The notes: a model not told the origin generated them from the sequence alone. A stretch of DNA of 64,000 nucleotides from Aeromonadales bacterium (GCA_012518835.1 JAAYRH010000079.1:6791-70790), one strand, 5' to 3'; numbered from the stretch's first letter, positions 20,901 through 32,149 are shown. Translations and numbers: made by a program.

Positions 20901-22127
20901 CACAAGCTGCCTTATGGTGCTTTGTTGGATCAGGCGGACGGTGAGCAGGTTGAAGTCGGTCAGCTAGTGGCTACTTGGGACCCGCACACCCACCCCATCG
21001 TTACCGAAGTAGCAGGTCACGTTAAGTTTATCGATATGATTGATGGTGTGACCATCAGTCGTCAAACCGATGAACTAACTGGTCTGTCTAGCATAGTAGT
21101 GATGGACGTGAATGAGCGCCCCGCATCCGGTAAAGAATTGCGCCCCACCGTGAAACTGATTGATGACAACGGCAACGATGTCTTCATTCCAGGTACGGAT
21201 CTAAGCGCGATGTACTTCTTACCCGGCCGTGCCATTGTTAGTCTAGAAGATGGCGCCGTGGTGAACGTGGGTGATGCGGTAGCGCGTATCCCACAAGAGT
21301 CCAGTGGTACTAAAGATATCACCGGTGGTCTACCACGAGTGGCCGACTTGTTTGAAGCGCGTCAGCCGAAAGAGCCAGCTATTTTGGCAGAAATCTCCGG
21401 TACCATTTCCTTCGGTAGAGAAACTAAAGGCAAGCGCCGCTTAGTGATCACGCCGTTAGATGGTGGCGACGCCTATGAGGAAATGATCCACAAATGGCGT
21501 CACCTGAACGTGTTTGAAGGTGAAAAGGTCGAAAAAGGCGAAGTATTAGCCGACGGTCCTGAGTCACCGCACGATATTTTGCGCCTGCGTGGCATTAGCC
21601 CAGTAGCCAACTATATCGTGAACGAAGTGCAAGAAGTTTATCGCTTGCAAGGCGTTAAAATCAACGACAAGCACATTGAGACCATTGTTCGTCAGATGTT
21701 GCGTCGTGCCGAAATTATTAACTCAGGTGATTCTGACTTTATTAATGGTGAGCAAGCTGAAGTAGTACGAATTCGTCAAGCGAACCGTGCACTGATTGCT
21801 GCTAATAAGCAGCCAGTGGAATATCGTCACGTCTTAATGGGTATTACTAAAGCCTCGTTAAGCACCGAATCTTTCATCTCGGCGGCGTCCTTCCAGGAAA
21901 CCACTCGAGTGTTAACCGAAGCAGCCGTCTCCGGCAAGGTAGACGATTTGCGCGGTCTGAAAGAAAACGTGATTGTAGGTCGTCTAGTACCGGCGGGTAC
22001 TGGTTTTGCCTACCACCAGGCACGCAATGCCCAGCGTCATCCCGAGCGGGCGGTGTCAGTATCTGCAGATGAAGCCGAGCAAAATTTGGCAGATATGCTA
22101 AACGCTGCAGGTAGTAGTAAGAAATAA
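17916..22127 (+). CDS. rpoC: RNA polymerase beta' subunit
   Basis: NADFDGD catalytic motif, Zn-finger cysteines, GTG start with AGGAG RBS. Confidence 0.99.
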   Translation: MKDLLKFLKAQNKTEEFDGIKIGLASPDMIRSWSFGEVKKPETINYRTFKPERDGLFCARIFGPVKDYECLCGKYKRLKHRGVICEKCGVEVTQTKVRRERMGHIELASPVAHIWFLKSLPSRIGLLLDMTLRDIERVLYFESFVVIEPGMTTLERGQMLSEEQYLDALEEWGDEFDAKMGAEAVLSLLKDIDLGNEIDEMREELSQTNSETKRKKITKRFKLMEAFHGSGNNPEWMVLTVLPVLPPDLRPLVPLDGGRFATSDLNDLYRRVINRNNRLKRLLDLAAPDIIVRNEKRMLQESVDALLDNGRRGRAITGSNKRPLKSLADMIKGKQGRFRQNLLGKRVDYSGRSVIVVGPALRLHQCGLPKKMALELFKPFIYGKLEARGLATTIKAAKKMVEREEAVVWDVLDYVIREHPVLLNRAPTLHRLGIQAFEPVLIEGKAIQLHPLVCAAYNADFDGDQMAVHVPLTIEAQLEARALMMSTNNILSPANGEPIIVPSQDVILGLYYMTRDKINAKGEGMLLGSAKEADKLYRSGHVDLHAKVKIRITDFERMEDGSEVEVTAFRETTIGRAILSLIVPKGLPYSLINQAMGKKQISKLMNACYRRLGLKDSVIFADQLMYTGFDFATISGVSVGINDMEIPAAKKDIIDEAEAEVSEIQEQFQSGLVTAGERYNKVIDIWASANERVSKAMMDNLAKDPVIDADGNTVMEDSFNSIFMMADSGARGSAAQIRQLAGMRGLMAKPDGSIIETPIIANFREGLNVLQYFNSTHGARKGLADTALKTANSGYLTRRLVDVAQDLVITNDDCGTFDGLWMTPLIEGGDVVEPLRERVLGRIVAEDVIKPGTEDEILVARNTLLDEKWCDEIEESSVDRIKVRSVITCDNDHGVCAHCYGRDLARGHLVNQGEAVGVIAAQSIGEPGTQLTMRTFHIGGAASRAAAENSIQVKNAGAVKLLNAKTVTNSDGKTVIVSRSSELTIVDEMGQTRENHKLPYGALLDQADGEQVEVGQLVATWDPHTHPIVTEVAGHVKFIDMIDGVTISRQTDELTGLSSIVVMDVNERPASGKELRPTVKLIDDNGNDVFIPGTDLSAMYFLPGRAIVSLEDGAVVNVGDAVARIPQESSGTKDITGGLPRVADLFEARQPKEPAILAEISGTISFGRETKGKRRLVITPLDGGDAYEEMIHKWRHLNVFEGEKVEKGEVLADGPESPHDILRLRGISPVANYIVNEVQEVYRLQGVKINDKHIETIVRQMLRRAEIINSGDSDFINGEQAEVVRIRQANRALIAANKQPVEYRHVLMGITKASLSTESFISAASFQETTRVLTEAAVSGKVDDLRGLKENVIVGRLVPAGTGFAYHQARNAQRHPERAVSVSADEAEQNLADMLNAAGSSKK

Positions 22128-22152
22128 CGTTATCTCGACTCGCTGATAAGAC

Positions 22153-22180
22153 AAGGCTCCCGCAAGGGGGCCTTTTTTTT
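22153..22180 (+). terminator. intrinsic terminator of rpoBC
   Basis: AAGGCTCCC-GCAA-GGGGGCCTT followed by a T8 run. Confidence 0.9.
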
Positions 22181-22201
22181 GCCCCTTCTAGGGGCAAAAA
22201 A

Positions 22202-22358
22202 AAGCGGTAAGCGGTCAGCCGTAAGCTGTCAGTCAAAGATAAAAGGTTCGTACCACATCCCTAGTCTGAGTGTTCATCATGCGGTAATTACAGGTAAAAA
22301 TCCTGACTAACCGGCAGCGGCATATTAGTTTTTAGCTGATAGCTTACGGCTGACCGCT
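22202..22358. repeat. heptamer-based inverted repeat (23-bp arms at 22210-22232 and 22336-22358, 103-nt spacer)
   Basis: AAGCGGT AAGCGGT CAGCCGT AAGCTGT CAG versus its reverse complement CTGATAGCTTACGGCTGACCGCT; 22/23 match. Confidence 0.85.
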
Positions 22359-22372
22359 ATGAGCTCTTTCTT

Positions 22373-22414
22373 CACTTATTCCTTTAGGGTATAAAAAATC
22401 ATCTTTTATTCTTT
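22373..22414 (+). promoter_or_regulatory. putative CysB-binding region upstream of cysJ
   Basis: 34/42 identical to the segment upstream of cysG; core TATAAAAAATCAT-N5-ATTCTTT. Confidence 0.65.
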
Positions 22415-22472
22415 CTTGTTGTCATTCGCCTAGCTTAAGCTGTATGTATCTGGAATAGTGGAAGCGAATATT

Positions 22473-24272
22473 ATGCTGATAAAGGAACTTGCGGCGTCGG
22501 CCAGCCCGCTCAATGAACAACAAGTCCATAAGTTAACTCAAGTGGCCGCCGAGTTGAGTGCGACTCAGCTGGCTTGGGTTAGTGGTTATTTTTATGGTAT
22601 TAGCCAACATACTGGTGACACCGTCGCCCTTGCGCCGGTAGCGAATGCCCAGCCGGCGGGAAAACTGACCATCATCTATGCCTCACAAACCGGTAATGCA
22701 AAGGGCGTAGCTGAAGCCTTACACGCTCAGTCTCAAGCGGCCGGTATCGCAGTGACCTTGTATAATGCCGCTGACTATAAGGTACGAAACCTAAAAAAAG
22801 AGACTCATGTACTTATCGTGGCCAGTACCGATGGGGAAGGTGAAGCGCCTGATGATGCCATTGAATTCCATAAAGAGTTAAAAGCCGGTAAGGCTGGTAA
22901 GCTCGATGGCGTCCACTATGGTGTGATTGGCCTTGGCGACTCTTCTTATGAATTCTTTTGCCAGACCGGCAAAGACTTTGATGAATACTTAAGCAAGGCC
23001 GGCGCTAAACCCTTATTAGCGCGATTAGATGCTGATGTGGACTACGACGCCGACTGTGAGAGCTGGAGCCAAGAAGCGGTCGCCTTAGTTAAAGAAGCCC
23101 TTGCCGAAGAGCAGCCGACGACAGCTAACGTAATCCCACTGACTCAGGGGGCTGCTAGCTTATATAACAAGAAGAATCCTTTCGTAGCTGAACTGCTGAC
23201 CAATCAAAAAATCACCGGTCGGGATTCGGACCGCGATGTACGTCATTTTGAAATCTCCCTCGAAGGCTCAGATCTGACCTATCAACCTGGTGACTCCCTT
23301 GGGATCTGGTTTAGTAATGATGAGCAATTAGTAGATGCACTGTTAGCGCAAACCGGCGTGGATGCAGCTAGCTTAGTGACTGTCGATAATGAGCAGATAA
23401 CGATTCGTGAAGCGTTAATCCACCATTATGAATTAACCCAAGGTTATGCCAGCTTTGTGCAGTCTTATGCTGAGCTCACCGATGCACCTAGTCTAAGAGC
23501 GTTACTTGAGGATAAAGCGGCATTACGCGAATACTGCGCTAACCATCAAATCTTAGATATTGCTAATCAACATGCAGGTCAGCTAACGGCGGAGCAGCTA
23601 CAAGCAAGTCTGCGTCGTTTAACGCCGCGTCTGTACTCTATCGCTTCTTCGCAAGCGGAAGTAGAAGATGAAGTTCACTTAACGGTGGGCGTGGTGCGTT
23701 TTGATAAAGACGGTGAAGCGCGCACTGGTGGTGCCTCTGGTTATTTAACCGATCGCTTAGCCGAAGGTAGTTCAGTACGGGTATATATCGAAAAGAACGA
23801 TAACTTCCGCCTGCCGACGAACGACGAGACGCCAATTATTATGATTGGGCCGGGCACCGGGATTGCACCTTTTAGAGCTTTTATGCAAGAACGCGATGAG
23901 CGCGGTGCTAGCGGTGATAACTGGTTATTTTTTGGTAATCCGCACTTTACCCAAGACTTTTTATATCAGTTGGAATGGCAGCGTTATGTCAAGTCCGGCT
24001 TACTAAGCAAGATATCGTTAGCCTTTAGTCGCGATCAGCAAGAAAAAGTCTATGTGCAGCATAAGTTGCGTGAGCAAGGTGGCGAGGTGTTTGCTTGGCT
24101 CGAGCGTGGCGCTCATATCTATGTGTGTGGTGATGCCAACCAAATGGCGAAAGACGTACATCAAACCTTAATTGAGCTGATTGCCGAGCACGGTAATAAG
24201 AGCCAAGAGCAGGCCGAAGAATATTTAGATGCGCTGCGTAGCGCCAAGCGTTATCAAAGGGATGTCTATTAA
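22473..24272 (+). CDS. cysJ: sulfite reductase [NADPH] flavoprotein alpha subunit
   Basis: SQTGNA flavodoxin motif, [23 protein letters not shown]; 599 aa from the ATG at 22473. Confidence 0.97.
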   Translation: MLIKELAASASPLNEQQVHKLTQVAAELSATQLAWVSGYFYGISQHTGDTVALAPVANAQPAGKLTIIYASQTGNAKGVAEALHAQSQAAGIAVTLYNAADYKVRNLKKETHVLIVASTDGEGEAPDDAIEFHKELKAGKAGKLDGVHYGVIGLGDSSYEFFCQTGKDFDEYLSKAGAKPLLARLDADVDYDADCESWSQEAVALVKEALAEEQPTTANVIPLTQGAASLYNKKNPFVAELLTNQKITGRDSDRDVRHFEISLEGSDLTYQPGDSLGIWFSNDEQLVDALLAQTGVDAASLVTVDNEQITIREALIHHYELTQGYASFVQSYAELTDAPSLRALLEDKAALREYCANHQILDIANQHAGQLTAEQLQASLRRLTPRLYSIASSQAEVEDEVHLTVGVVRFDKDGEARTGGASGYLTDRLAEGSSVRVYIEKNDNFRLPTNDETPIIMIGPGTGIAPFRAFMQERDERGASGDNWLFFGNPHFTQDFLYQLEWQRYVKSGLLSKISLAFSRDQQEKVYVQHKLREQGGEVFAWLERGAHIYVCGDANQMAKDVHQTLIELIAEHGNKSQEQAEEYLDALRSAKRYQRDVY

Positions 24273-25963
24273 TGAGTGAAGTTAAACTGTCTGATAATGA
24301 GCGCATGAAGCGCGAAAGTAATTTTATCCGCGGTACTATCGAGCAAGATCTACAAGATCCGCTCACCGGTGGCTTTAACGGTGATAACTACCAGCTGATC
24401 CGTATCCACGGTATGTATCAGCAAGATGATAGAGATATTCGCAACGAGCGTACCGCCCAAAAACTTGAACCCTTGCATAATGTGATGTTACGCGCCCGTC
24501 TGCCAGGCGGTATTATTACGCCTAAGCAATGGCTAGTTATCGATGAGTTTGCTGAAGAAAGCACCAGCTATGGCAGCATTCGTTTAACGACGCGCCAAAC
24601 CTTTCAATACCACGGAGTATTAAAGCGTGATATTAAACACATGCACCAAACTCTCAACAGTACCGGCATCGACTCTATTGCCACCGCAGGTGATGTGAAT
24701 CGTAACGTCTTATGTACCAGTAATCCGGTCGAGTCCGAGCTGCATCAAGAAGCTTATGAATGGGCCAAGAAAATCTCTGAGCACTTGTTGCCAAAAACTC
24801 GCGCTTATTTAGAAATTTGGCTAGACGGTGAGCGCTTAGATACCCCTGATGAAGAACCTATCTTAGGACCGACCTATTTACCCCGTAAGTTTAAAACTGC
24901 GGTCGTGATCCCACCACAAAACGATGTGGACGTGCATGCGAACGACTTAAGCTTTGTCGCCATTGCTGAACAGGGCAAGCTGATAGGCTTTAACGTCTTA
25001 GTTGGTGGGGGATTGGCGATGACTCACGGTGATACGACGACCTATCCGCGTAAGGCTACCGATTTTGGCTTTATTCCGCTATCTCATACGCTTGCGTTTG
25101 CAGAGGCGGTAGTAACCACTCAAAGAGACATGGGCGATCGACTCAATCGTAAAAATGCCAAAACTAAATATACTTTAGAGCGAGTGGGTGTCGAGGTATT
25201 TAAAGCCGAAGTAGAAAAGCGCGCTGGCCTTAAGTTTGCTGAAGTTCGCCCTTATGAGTTTACAAGTCGTGGTGACTCGTTTGGTTGGGTGGCGGGTATT
25301 GATGGTAAGCATCACTTAACTTTATTTATCGAAAACGGTCGTATTCTTGATTACCCCGGTAAATTATTAAAAACTGGCATGCGTGAAATAGCCAAGATCC
25401 ACCAAGGAGATTTTCGTTTAACCGCGAATCAAAACTTAATCGTTGCCGGCGTTGCTGAAGCAGATAAAGCAAAAATTGAGCAGTTAGCACGAGATTATGG
25501 CTTATTAGAAGATACGGTATCTGAGCAGCGTAAAAACTCCATGGCCTGTGTTTCTTTACCCACTTGTCCATTAGCGATGGCGGAGTCGGAGCGGGTATTA
25601 CCTGCCTATGTGACCGAGCTAGAAGGCTTATTAGCCAAGCACAATATTGATGATGACACTATTATCTTTCGCGTGACTGGCTGCCCTAATGGGTGTGGCC
25701 GAGCCATGTTGGCCGAAGTAGGATTAGTGGGTAAAGCGCCGGGGCGCTATAACCTGCACTTAGGTGGCAACCGCGAAGGCACTCGTATTCCGCGGATGTA
25801 TAAAGAAAACATTACCGATCGCGATATTATGGCAGAGTTGGATGCGCTGATTGGTCGTTGGGCGAAAGAGCGCGAAGCCAAAGAGGGCTTTGGCGACTTT
25901 GTGATCCGTGCCGGTGTTATCGCGCCGGTCATCGACTCGGCGAGGGATTTTTATGCAGTCTAG
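24272..25963 (+). CDS. cysI: sulfite reductase hemoprotein beta subunit
   Basis: [21 protein letters not shown]...GCPNGC siroheme/4Fe-4S ligands. Confidence 0.97.
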   Translation: MSEVKLSDNERMKRESNFIRGTIEQDLQDPLTGGFNGDNYQLIRIHGMYQQDDRDIRNERTAQKLEPLHNVMLRARLPGGIITPKQWLVIDEFAEESTSYGSIRLTTRQTFQYHGVLKRDIKHMHQTLNSTGIDSIATAGDVNRNVLCTSNPVESELHQEAYEWAKKISEHLLPKTRAYLEIWLDGERLDTPDEEPILGPTYLPRKFKTAVVIPPQNDVDVHANDLSFVAIAEQGKLIGFNVLVGGGLAMTHGDTTTYPRKATDFGFIPLSHTLAFAEAVVTTQRDMGDRLNRKNAKTKYTLERVGVEVFKAEVEKRAGLKFAEVRPYEFTSRGDSFGWVAGIDGKHHLTLFIENGRILDYPGKLLKTGMREIAKIHQGDFRLTANQNLIVAGVAEADKAKIEQLARDYGLLEDTVSEQRKNSMACVSLPTCPLAMAESERVLPAYVTELEGLLAKHNIDDDTIIFRVTGCPNGCGRAMLAEVGLVGKAPGRYNLHLGGNREGTRIPRMYKENITDRDIMAELDALIGRWAKEREAKEGFGDFVIRAGVIAPVIDSARDFYAV

Positions 25964-26711
25964 TCTCTTACCAGACTTGCAGGAGCTAGCAACGTTAAGC
26001 GCCGAACAGCAGACTCAAGCGCTTGCCGGCATTAACCAAGAGCTAGCTACCTTAAGCGCACCCGAACGGGTGCGCTGGGCGCTAACTCATTTGCCCGGAC
26101 AAGCAGTGCTGTCTTCGAGCTTTGGTATTCAATCGGCAGTGATGTTGCACCTAGTGACCCAAGAGCAAGCGAATACGCCCGTTATCTTAACGGACACTGG
26201 TTATCTGTTTCCCGAAACTTACCGTTTTATAGACCAGCTGACTGAGCGCTTAGGACTCAACCTTAAGGTTTATCAAGCTAGTTGCTCTGCGGCCTGGCAA
26301 GAAGCGCGCTATGGCAAGTTATGGGAGCAGGGCGCAGAAGGTCTTCGCCAATATAACCAGCTCAATAAAGTAGAGCCAATGCAGCGCGCCTTACGCGAGT
26401 TAAAGGCCAGTACGTGGTTTTCTGGTTTGCGCCGTAGTCAGTCTGATACCCGCACTAAATTAGAGGTATTAGGGATACAAGATGGGCGCTTTAAATTTTT
26501 ACCCATTATCGATTGGAGTAATAAAGACGTTCATTATTACTTGCAGCAGTTTGATTTACCTTATCACCCGTTGTGGGAGCAAGGCTATGTGTCGGTGGGC
26601 GATGTGCAGACTACGGCTAAGTGGGAACCCGGCATGAGCGAAGCAGACACCCGCTTTTTTGGTTTGCAGCGCGAATGCGGTCTCCATCAAGCGAACGGAA
26701 GTGGCATTTAA
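25953..26711 (+). CDS. cysH: PAPS reductase
   Basis: [19 protein letters not shown]; no Fe-S cysteine cluster. Confidence 0.96.
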   Translation: MQSSLLPDLQELATLSAEQQTQALAGINQELATLSAPERVRWALTHLPGQAVLSSSFGIQSAVMLHLVTQEQANTPVILTDTGYLFPETYRFIDQLTERLGLNLKVYQASCSAAWQEARYGKLWEQGAEGLRQYNQLNKVEPMQRALRELKASTWFSGLRRSQSDTRTKLEVLGIQDGRFKFLPIIDWSNKDVHYYLQQFDLPYHPLWEQGYVSVGDVQTTAKWEPGMSEADTRFFGLQRECGLHQANGSGI

Positions 26712-26728
26712 GAACAGCTTTGCTTAAC

Positions 26729-26770
26729 CACTAATAACTTAAAGATATAAAAAATCATTTTATATTCTTT
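26729..26770 (+). promoter_or_regulatory. putative CysB-binding region upstream of cysG
   Basis: Near-duplicate of 22373-22414. Confidence 0.65.
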
Positions 26771-26828
26771 TGCGCTCTGTCGGTGGTCTCTTATAGTAGT
26801 GACATCACCTTATTGGAGCGCAGTCATC

Positions 26829-28247
26829 ATGGAACACCTACCTCTCTTTATTAACGTTAAACATCGCCCTTGCTTAGTGGTAGGAGGAGGGGTGGTGGCC
26901 GCTCGTAAAGTTCGGGTGTTATTAGCGCGCGGCGCGCGGCTCACCGTGGTAGCCCCTGAGTTAGGAGCTGAGCTGGCTGCCCTACAAGACCAGTTTGTTT
27001 GGCAAAATGACGTGTTTTCTGAGCACTACATTGCTGACCAGTTTTTAGTGATTGCTGCGACCAATAATGCCGAGGTGAATGCATTGGTGTATCAGTTAGC
27101 TAATCAGCGGGGGGTGTTAGTGAATAAAGCCGATGACAGTAAGCGTTCTGCAGTTATTTTTCCTTCTATTGTCGAGCGTTTTCCCTTACAAATAGCCTTT
27201 AGCACCGGCGGTGAAGCGCCTTGGTTGGCTCGCCAATTACGGGCACGGCTCGATGTTTTACTGCCCAAACACTGGGGGGCCTTAAGCCACGTAGCGGGCA
27301 AGGTACGAAAAAAAGCCCAGCTCACTTTTGATACTAGTGCCCAGCGTCGTCGCTTTTGGGCCCGCACTCAAGATGATCGTACACTCAATGCCTTACTAAA
27401 AAACGGCAACTTAGCCGCCGCCGAAGTTTGGTTGCAACAAGAGATGCAAAAAACCGCTCAAGGCGAAGTTATTCTGGTCGGTGCTGGACCGGGGGATCCT
27501 GACTTACTTACTATTAAAGCACTCAATGAATTGCAAAAAGCCGATGTGGTGTTATTTGATCAATTGGTGTCTCCCGAGATCTTGGCGTTAATTCGCCCTG
27601 AGGCAGAATGTATTTCGGTAGGTAAAAAAGCCGGCGCGCATAGCATGGCTCAAGAAGATATTAACCAGTTATTGGTCGTTAAAGCGCAAGAAGGCCATCG
27701 AGTGGTGCGCTTAAAAGGGGGCGACCCCTTTATGTTTGGCCGCGGTGCTGAAGAGTTACAAGTGTTAAAAGCGGCGGGTATTGCCTATCAGGTAGTACCG
27801 GGTATTACCGCTGCGGCGGGCGCCACGGCCTACGCGGGAATTCCACTCACCCATCGGGATCATGCACAAAGTGCAGTGTTTATTACAGGGCACGCTAAGC
27901 GAGATGGCCAAGATCCTGACTGGGAGTCATTAGCAAAACAGCGACAAACCTTAGTGATTTATATGGGATTAATGCGCTCAGCACATATTCAGCAGCAACT
28001 ACTTAAGCATGGGCTAGCAAGCAGTACCCCAGTGGCACTTATTGAGCGCGGCACCACGGCGGAGCAGCGTGTCGTAAGAGGGAATCTAAGTGAGCTAAGC
28101 CAGCTAGCAGAGAAGGTAGTAAGCCCTTCTTTGATGGTGATTGGCGAGGTAGCCGCGCTTGCTGACTCATTAGCTTGGTTTAATCAGCCCGCTAAAGCAG
28201 AGCATTCGCCGCCACCCTATACTGAGCCGTTATCTGCCCTTGCTTAA
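26829..28247 (+). CDS. cysG: siroheme synthase (multifunctional)
   Basis: LVVGGGVVA dehydrogenase Rossmann fold, VGAGPGDPDLLT, RLKGGDPFMFGRG. Confidence 0.96.
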   Translation: MEHLPLFINVKHRPCLVVGGGVVAARKVRVLLARGARLTVVAPELGAELAALQDQFVWQNDVFSEHYIADQFLVIAATNNAEVNALVYQLANQRGVLVNKADDSKRSAVIFPSIVERFPLQIAFSTGGEAPWLARQLRARLDVLLPKHWGALSHVAGKVRKKAQLTFDTSAQRRRFWARTQDDRTLNALLKNGNLAAAEVWLQQEMQKTAQGEVILVGAGPGDPDLLTIKALNELQKADVVLFDQLVSPEILALIRPEAECISVGKKAGAHSMAQEDINQLLVVKAQEGHRVVRLKGGDPFMFGRGAEELQVLKAAGIAYQVVPGITAAAGATAYAGIPLTHRDHAQSAVFITGHAKRDGQDPDWESLAKQRQTLVIYMGLMRSAHIQQQLLKHGLASSTPVALIERGTTAEQRVVRGNLSELSQLAEKVVSPSLMVIGEVAALADSLAWFNQPAKAEHSPPPYTEPLSALA

Positions 28248-29039
28248 GTTGCCTAGAGGCGCCAATAAGGTCTGTAGCTCACTGTGGTAATGCTCTGGTA
28301 GTGTTTCACTCATCATGGCAGCCAGTTCGTTACCTATGGTAGTAAAGCGATAGTAAAGCAGGCGTATGCCTTTGCGTTGCGGCTGTAATATTAGCTGCTG
28401 CGTACTGAGCTGTACCCGCAGCGGCATCGTCAGCGAGAGCTCACCCGACTCCAATTCAGCTTGGTGTAATAATCCCAAATCACACAACTGTAATAAACCG
28501 GCATAGGGCAGACGGTGGCTGCCTAGGTTTAAGCGTTGCTGGCGTTGTCCTTGTAGCAAGGTACGATATTGATAACCAAAGAGCAGGCGTCGATTATCAT
28601 CGCCAAAGTGACAACTTAAGGCGCTGGCCTTTTGCAATAATAGGGCATCTTTTTGCGTCATATTACGCAAGCAAGTGAGCGCTTGAATAGAGCAATGACC
28701 TGGGCTGACCATTTCTTGGGTGAGGATATTAGCCCAAAACTGCTGCATAGAAGGGTGGCGAATATTTTCTGCCAGCTCTAGATAGTGACTTAACCAGTCG
28801 GGATCGGGCTCGCTGCCTACTTCGTCGTGTCCTTTTTTACCGGCTAACTGAATAATGGTTTCTAAGTTTTTTTGGCGTGCCGCTTGTTCAAGCTGACAGC
28901 GTTTTTGATAACGCTCGCCAAAACGCTGCGCTGAGTCGCCCTGCAATAAACCAGCAATACCTCGCTGCTCCGCTAATTGCTCTAGCAGGGTGGTACGGTT
29001 TTTTATTTTACTATCAGTAGTAGTAACTTTGCGATTCAT
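28230..29039 (-). CDS. TIGR03899/DUF2806-like uncharacterised protein
   Basis: RQKNLE.I, DPDWL, MQQFWA.IL, PG..S, Y.FT.IG.EL pattern recalled for this family. Confidence 0.75.
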   Translation of the reverse strand: MNRKVTTTDSKIKNRTTLLEQLAEQRGIAGLLQGDSAQRFGERYQKRCQLEQAARQKNLETIIQLAGKKGHDEVGSEPDPDWLSHYLELAENIRHPSMQQFWANILTQEMVSPGHCSIQALTCLRNMTQKDALLLQKASALSCHFGDDNRRLLFGYQYRTLLQGQRQQRLNLGSHRLPYAGLLQLCDLGLLHQAELESGELSLTMPLRVQLSTQQLILQPQRKGIRLLYYRFTTIGNELAAMMSETLPEHYHSELQTLLAPLGNLSKGR

Positions 29040-29107
29040 GACTCGTCATTGTTAACCATGTTGACTTCATGTTAAAATAAGCCCATTACTTTTAGCTAGG
29101 GCATTTA

Positions 29108-29221
29108 ATGTACATGCAACAACATCCAAAAGGTAAGCCCACTCTTGCTAAAGTGTTACTAGTGGTTGGTTACCTGTCGAGTTTAGGCATATTGGCGACT
29201 ATCATAGCCATGATAGAATAG
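29108..29221 (+). CDS. unannotated 37-aa single-pass membrane protein (candidate)
   Basis: MYMQQHPKGKPTLAKVLLVVGYLSSLGILATIIAMIE; basic N-terminus plus about 20 hydrophobic residues; AGGG upstream; fills the intergenic gap. Confidence 0.55.
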   Translation: MYMQQHPKGKPTLAKVLLVVGYLSSLGILATIIAMIE

Positions 29222-29248
29222 CGTATCGCTAAAGATAAGTTTTTTGTT

Positions 29249-29271
29249 AAAAAAAGAGCACCTAAGTGCTC
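29249..29271 (-). terminator. ppa terminator
   Basis: On the minus strand GAGCAC-TTAG-GTGCTC followed by T7. Confidence 0.75.
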
Positions 29272-29311
29272 CTCTGCTATTGTGTCTAGCGCCTGATGCT
29301 AACCAATTAGC

Positions 29312-29842
29312 TTAGCCTTGCTTATAGCGCTCAAACGAGCTGACAATTTCTGCTTCAGCAGCGGCTTTATCGGCCCAGCCTTCTACTTTTACCCACTTAC
29401 CTGCTTCTAACTCTTTGTAACGCTCAAAGAAGTGCTTAATTTGTGCTTTTAGTAACTCAGGCAGATCATTCACATCCTGAATATGGTCGTACTCTTTAGT
29501 CAGCTTGCTGTGCGGTACCGCAACAATTTTAGCATCTTGACCGGCTTCGTCGCTCATCTGCAATACGCCGACGGGACGACAACGGATCACCGAGCCGGGT
29601 ACTAATGGGTGTGGGGTAGGGACCAGAACATCTACCGCATCGCCATCAAGAGAGCGGGTTTGGTTAACGTAGCCATAGTTGCACGGGTAAAACATGGGCG
29701 TCGCCATAAAACGGTCGACAAAAATAGCGCCGCTGTCTTCATCTACTTCGTATTTAATAGGGTCGGCATTTTGTGGGATTTCGATGACCACATAAATATC
29801 TTCGGGTAGGCTTTTCCCGGCAGGTACCTGATTCAGGCTCAT
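29312..29842 (-). CDS. ppa: inorganic pyrophosphatase (family I)
   Basis: IKYEVD, VDRF, YPCNYG, DGDAVDV, D.KI. Confidence 0.97.
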   Translation of the reverse strand: MSLNQVPAGKSLPEDIYVVIEIPQNADPIKYEVDEDSGAIFVDRFMATPMFYPCNYGYVNQTRSLDGDAVDVLVPTPHPLVPGSVIRCRPVGVLQMSDEAGQDAKIVAVPHSKLTKEYDHIQDVNDLPELLKAQIKHFFERYKELEAGKWVKVEGWADKAAAEAEIVSSFERYKQG

Positions 29843-30023
29843 GAAGTTTCCTTGCTGTAGTTAATAATGAAAATAGGCGTTCATTGTAGCATGACCCTTG
29901 GCAAGCTTAGCCAAGTCCATTCACTGGCGGATATTATAACCAGTGTCGCACAGATCGCCATACCAGTGCCCAAAGCGAGGCGGGATTGTTAGAATAGTCC
30001 CATTACAACAGCCAGAGGCAGTT

Positions 30024-31391
30024 ATGCACATTCATATTCTCGGTATTTGTGGCACTTTCATGGGGGGTATCGCGGTATTAGCCAAGCAGTTGGGTTATAC
30101 CGTTACCGGCAGCGATGCCAATGTTTATCCTCCCATGAGTACCCAGCTAGTAGAGCAGGGCATTGGCTTAATTGAAGGTTACGATCCTAGCCAGCTAGAT
30201 CCTCAGCCCGATTTAGTGGTGATTGGTAATGCCATGAGTCGTGGCAACCCCTGCGTAGAGGCAGTATTAAACCAGCGCATTCCTTATACCTCTGGCCCTC
30301 AATGGCTGCTTGAACATGTGCTAAAAGACCGTTGGGTGTTAGCCGTGGCCGGCACCCATGGCAAAACGACCACCGCCGCTATGTTGGCGTGGATACTAGA
30401 AGACTGTGGTTTAGAGCCTGGCTTTTTAATTGGTGGCGTACCTGGAAATTTTTCAGTGTCGGCCCGTTTGGGCGCGGCGCCGTTTTTTGTGATTGAAGCC
30501 GATGAATATGACAGTGCCTTTTTTGATAAGCGCTCCAAGTTTGTGCACTATCGACCCAGCACCGTCATTTTAAACAACTTGGAATTTGATCATGCGGATA
30601 TTTTCGCTGACTTAGGCGATATTCAGCGCCAGTTCCATCATTTATTGCGTATAGTGCCCAGTCACGGTCGTATTTTAACACCGAGCCAAACGCCTGCTTT
30701 AGATGAAGTATTAACCATGGGCTGTTGGAGCGAAGTAGAATACGTGGGTGAGCAAGGGCGCTGGCAAGCACAGTTATTAACCGCCGATGGCAGTCAGTTT
30801 GCGGTTTTACTTGATGGTCAGCAGGTAGGTGAAGTGCATTGGGGCTGTATGGGCGAGCATAATGTGCATAACGGCTTAATGGCCTTAGCCGCCGCCCGAC
30901 ATGCAGGGGTACCGGTCAGTGAAGCCATCAAATCCTTAAACTTATTTGTGCTACCTAAGCGGCGTATGGAGCTAAAGGGCGCTATCAATAACATTAAGGT
31001 GTGGGACGATTTTGCTCATCATCCTACCGCCATTCAAACCACGCTGGCCGGCCTTAACGCACAAATTAACACTCAATCAGGGCGAATTTTAGCGGTGCTA
31101 GAGCCGCGCTCTAATACCATGAAGATGGGGGTGCATCAGCAGCCACTGGCCGACTCGCTGCAAGACGCCGACCATACTTATTTATTTCAGCCAGACGATC
31201 TTAACTGGGATCTGGCGGCGGTGGCGGCAGCGTGTCCGAACGGGAAAATTTTTAGTGAGTTAGAAGCCTTAATTGCCGTTTTAGTTGCCGAAGCTCAAGC
31301 GGGCGATCATATTTTAATTATGAGTAATGGTGGTTTTGGCGGTATTCACGACCGCTTGCTGCAACAGCTGGAGCGTAAATATGGCCACTAA
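30024..31391 (+). CDS. mpl: UDP-MurNAc:L-Ala-gamma-D-Glu-mDAP ligase (murein peptide ligase)
   Basis: [48 protein letters not shown]. Confidence 0.97.
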   Translation: MHIHILGICGTFMGGIAVLAKQLGYTVTGSDANVYPPMSTQLVEQGIGLIEGYDPSQLDPQPDLVVIGNAMSRGNPCVEAVLNQRIPYTSGPQWLLEHVLKDRWVLAVAGTHGKTTTAAMLAWILEDCGLEPGFLIGGVPGNFSVSARLGAAPFFVIEADEYDSAFFDKRSKFVHYRPSTVILNNLEFDHADIFADLGDIQRQFHHLLRIVPSHGRILTPSQTPALDEVLTMGCWSEVEYVGEQGRWQAQLLTADGSQFAVLLDGQQVGEVHWGCMGEHNVHNGLMALAAARHAGVPVSEAIKSLNLFVLPKRRMELKGAINNIKVWDDFAHHPTAIQTTLAGLNAQINTQSGRILAVLEPRSNTMKMGVHQQPLADSLQDADHTYLFQPDDLNWDLAAVAAACPNGKIFSELEALIAVLVAEAQAGDHILIMSNGGFGGIHDRLLQQLERKYGH

Positions 31392-32016
31392 TTATCCTAG
31401 AGCTCAGCAAATTACCTTGGCCTTGTCTGGCGCCTCAGGCGCCCCTTATGCATTGGCGTTACTAGAGCAGCTACTCAAAGCGGGCTTACAGGTGCATTTG
31501 TTAGTATCTAGCGCCGCGCGAGTAGTGATGGCCACTGAGCAAGGCGAGCAATGGCCGGCTAAGCCCGAGGCATTAGCGGCGCTATTAACGGCACGCTACC
31601 AGGCATCGCCCGAGCAGCTTAAAGTTTATGGGAAAGAAGAGTGGTTTTCGCCGGTAGCTTCTGGCTCCGGTGCGCCCCGTAAAATGATTATCTGCCCTTG
31701 CTCTATGGGGACCTTGGCCTCTATTGCGATGGGTATTTCTGATAACTTAATTGAGCGTGCCGCCGATGTGGTGATTAAAGAGCGTGGTCAACTCATAGTG
31801 GTCCCTAGAGAGTCCCCTTATTCGGCGCTGCATTTAGAAAATATGCTAGCGCTGGCAAAGTTGGGGGTTACCATTATGCCGGCCTCGCCGGGCTTTTATC
31901 ATCAACCAACCACCATTGCCGACTTAATTGATTTTATGGTGGCGCGTATGTTGGATCACTTACAGTTAGAGCATTGTCTCACCTCGCGCTGGGGTTATGC
32001 CCCGCCAAGCCGCTAA
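31381..32016 (+). CDS. ubiX: flavin prenyltransferase UbiX
   Basis: SGASGA, ASGS, PCSMGTL, RAADV.IKER, PRESP. Confidence 0.95.
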   Translation: MATNYPRAQQITLALSGASGAPYALALLEQLLKAGLQVHLLVSSAARVVMATEQGEQWPAKPEALAALLTARYQASPEQLKVYGKEEWFSPVASGSGAPRKMIICPCSMGTLASIAMGISDNLIERAADVVIKERGQLIVVPRESPYSALHLENMLALAKLGVTIMPASPGFYHQPTTIADLIDFMVARMLDHLQLEHCLTSRWGYAPPSR

Positions 32017-32149
32017 CGTTATGTCAGGCTCAGTGGCATTTATGGGAGCAATAGTGATTAGCGTAGCGCGCCTATGCACAATATTGTCAATTCCGTTAGA
32101 ATGTCACTTTAATAATATAGAGTCTGCTAATAGACCAACGGAGTGAGTA

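Noticed and set aside
13080-21322. Many long antisense or shifted ORFs inside rplL, rpoB and rpoC (e.g. 13080-13586, 18251-18910)
   Set aside because: Expected shadows of codon-biased genes; no RBS, no recognisable domains
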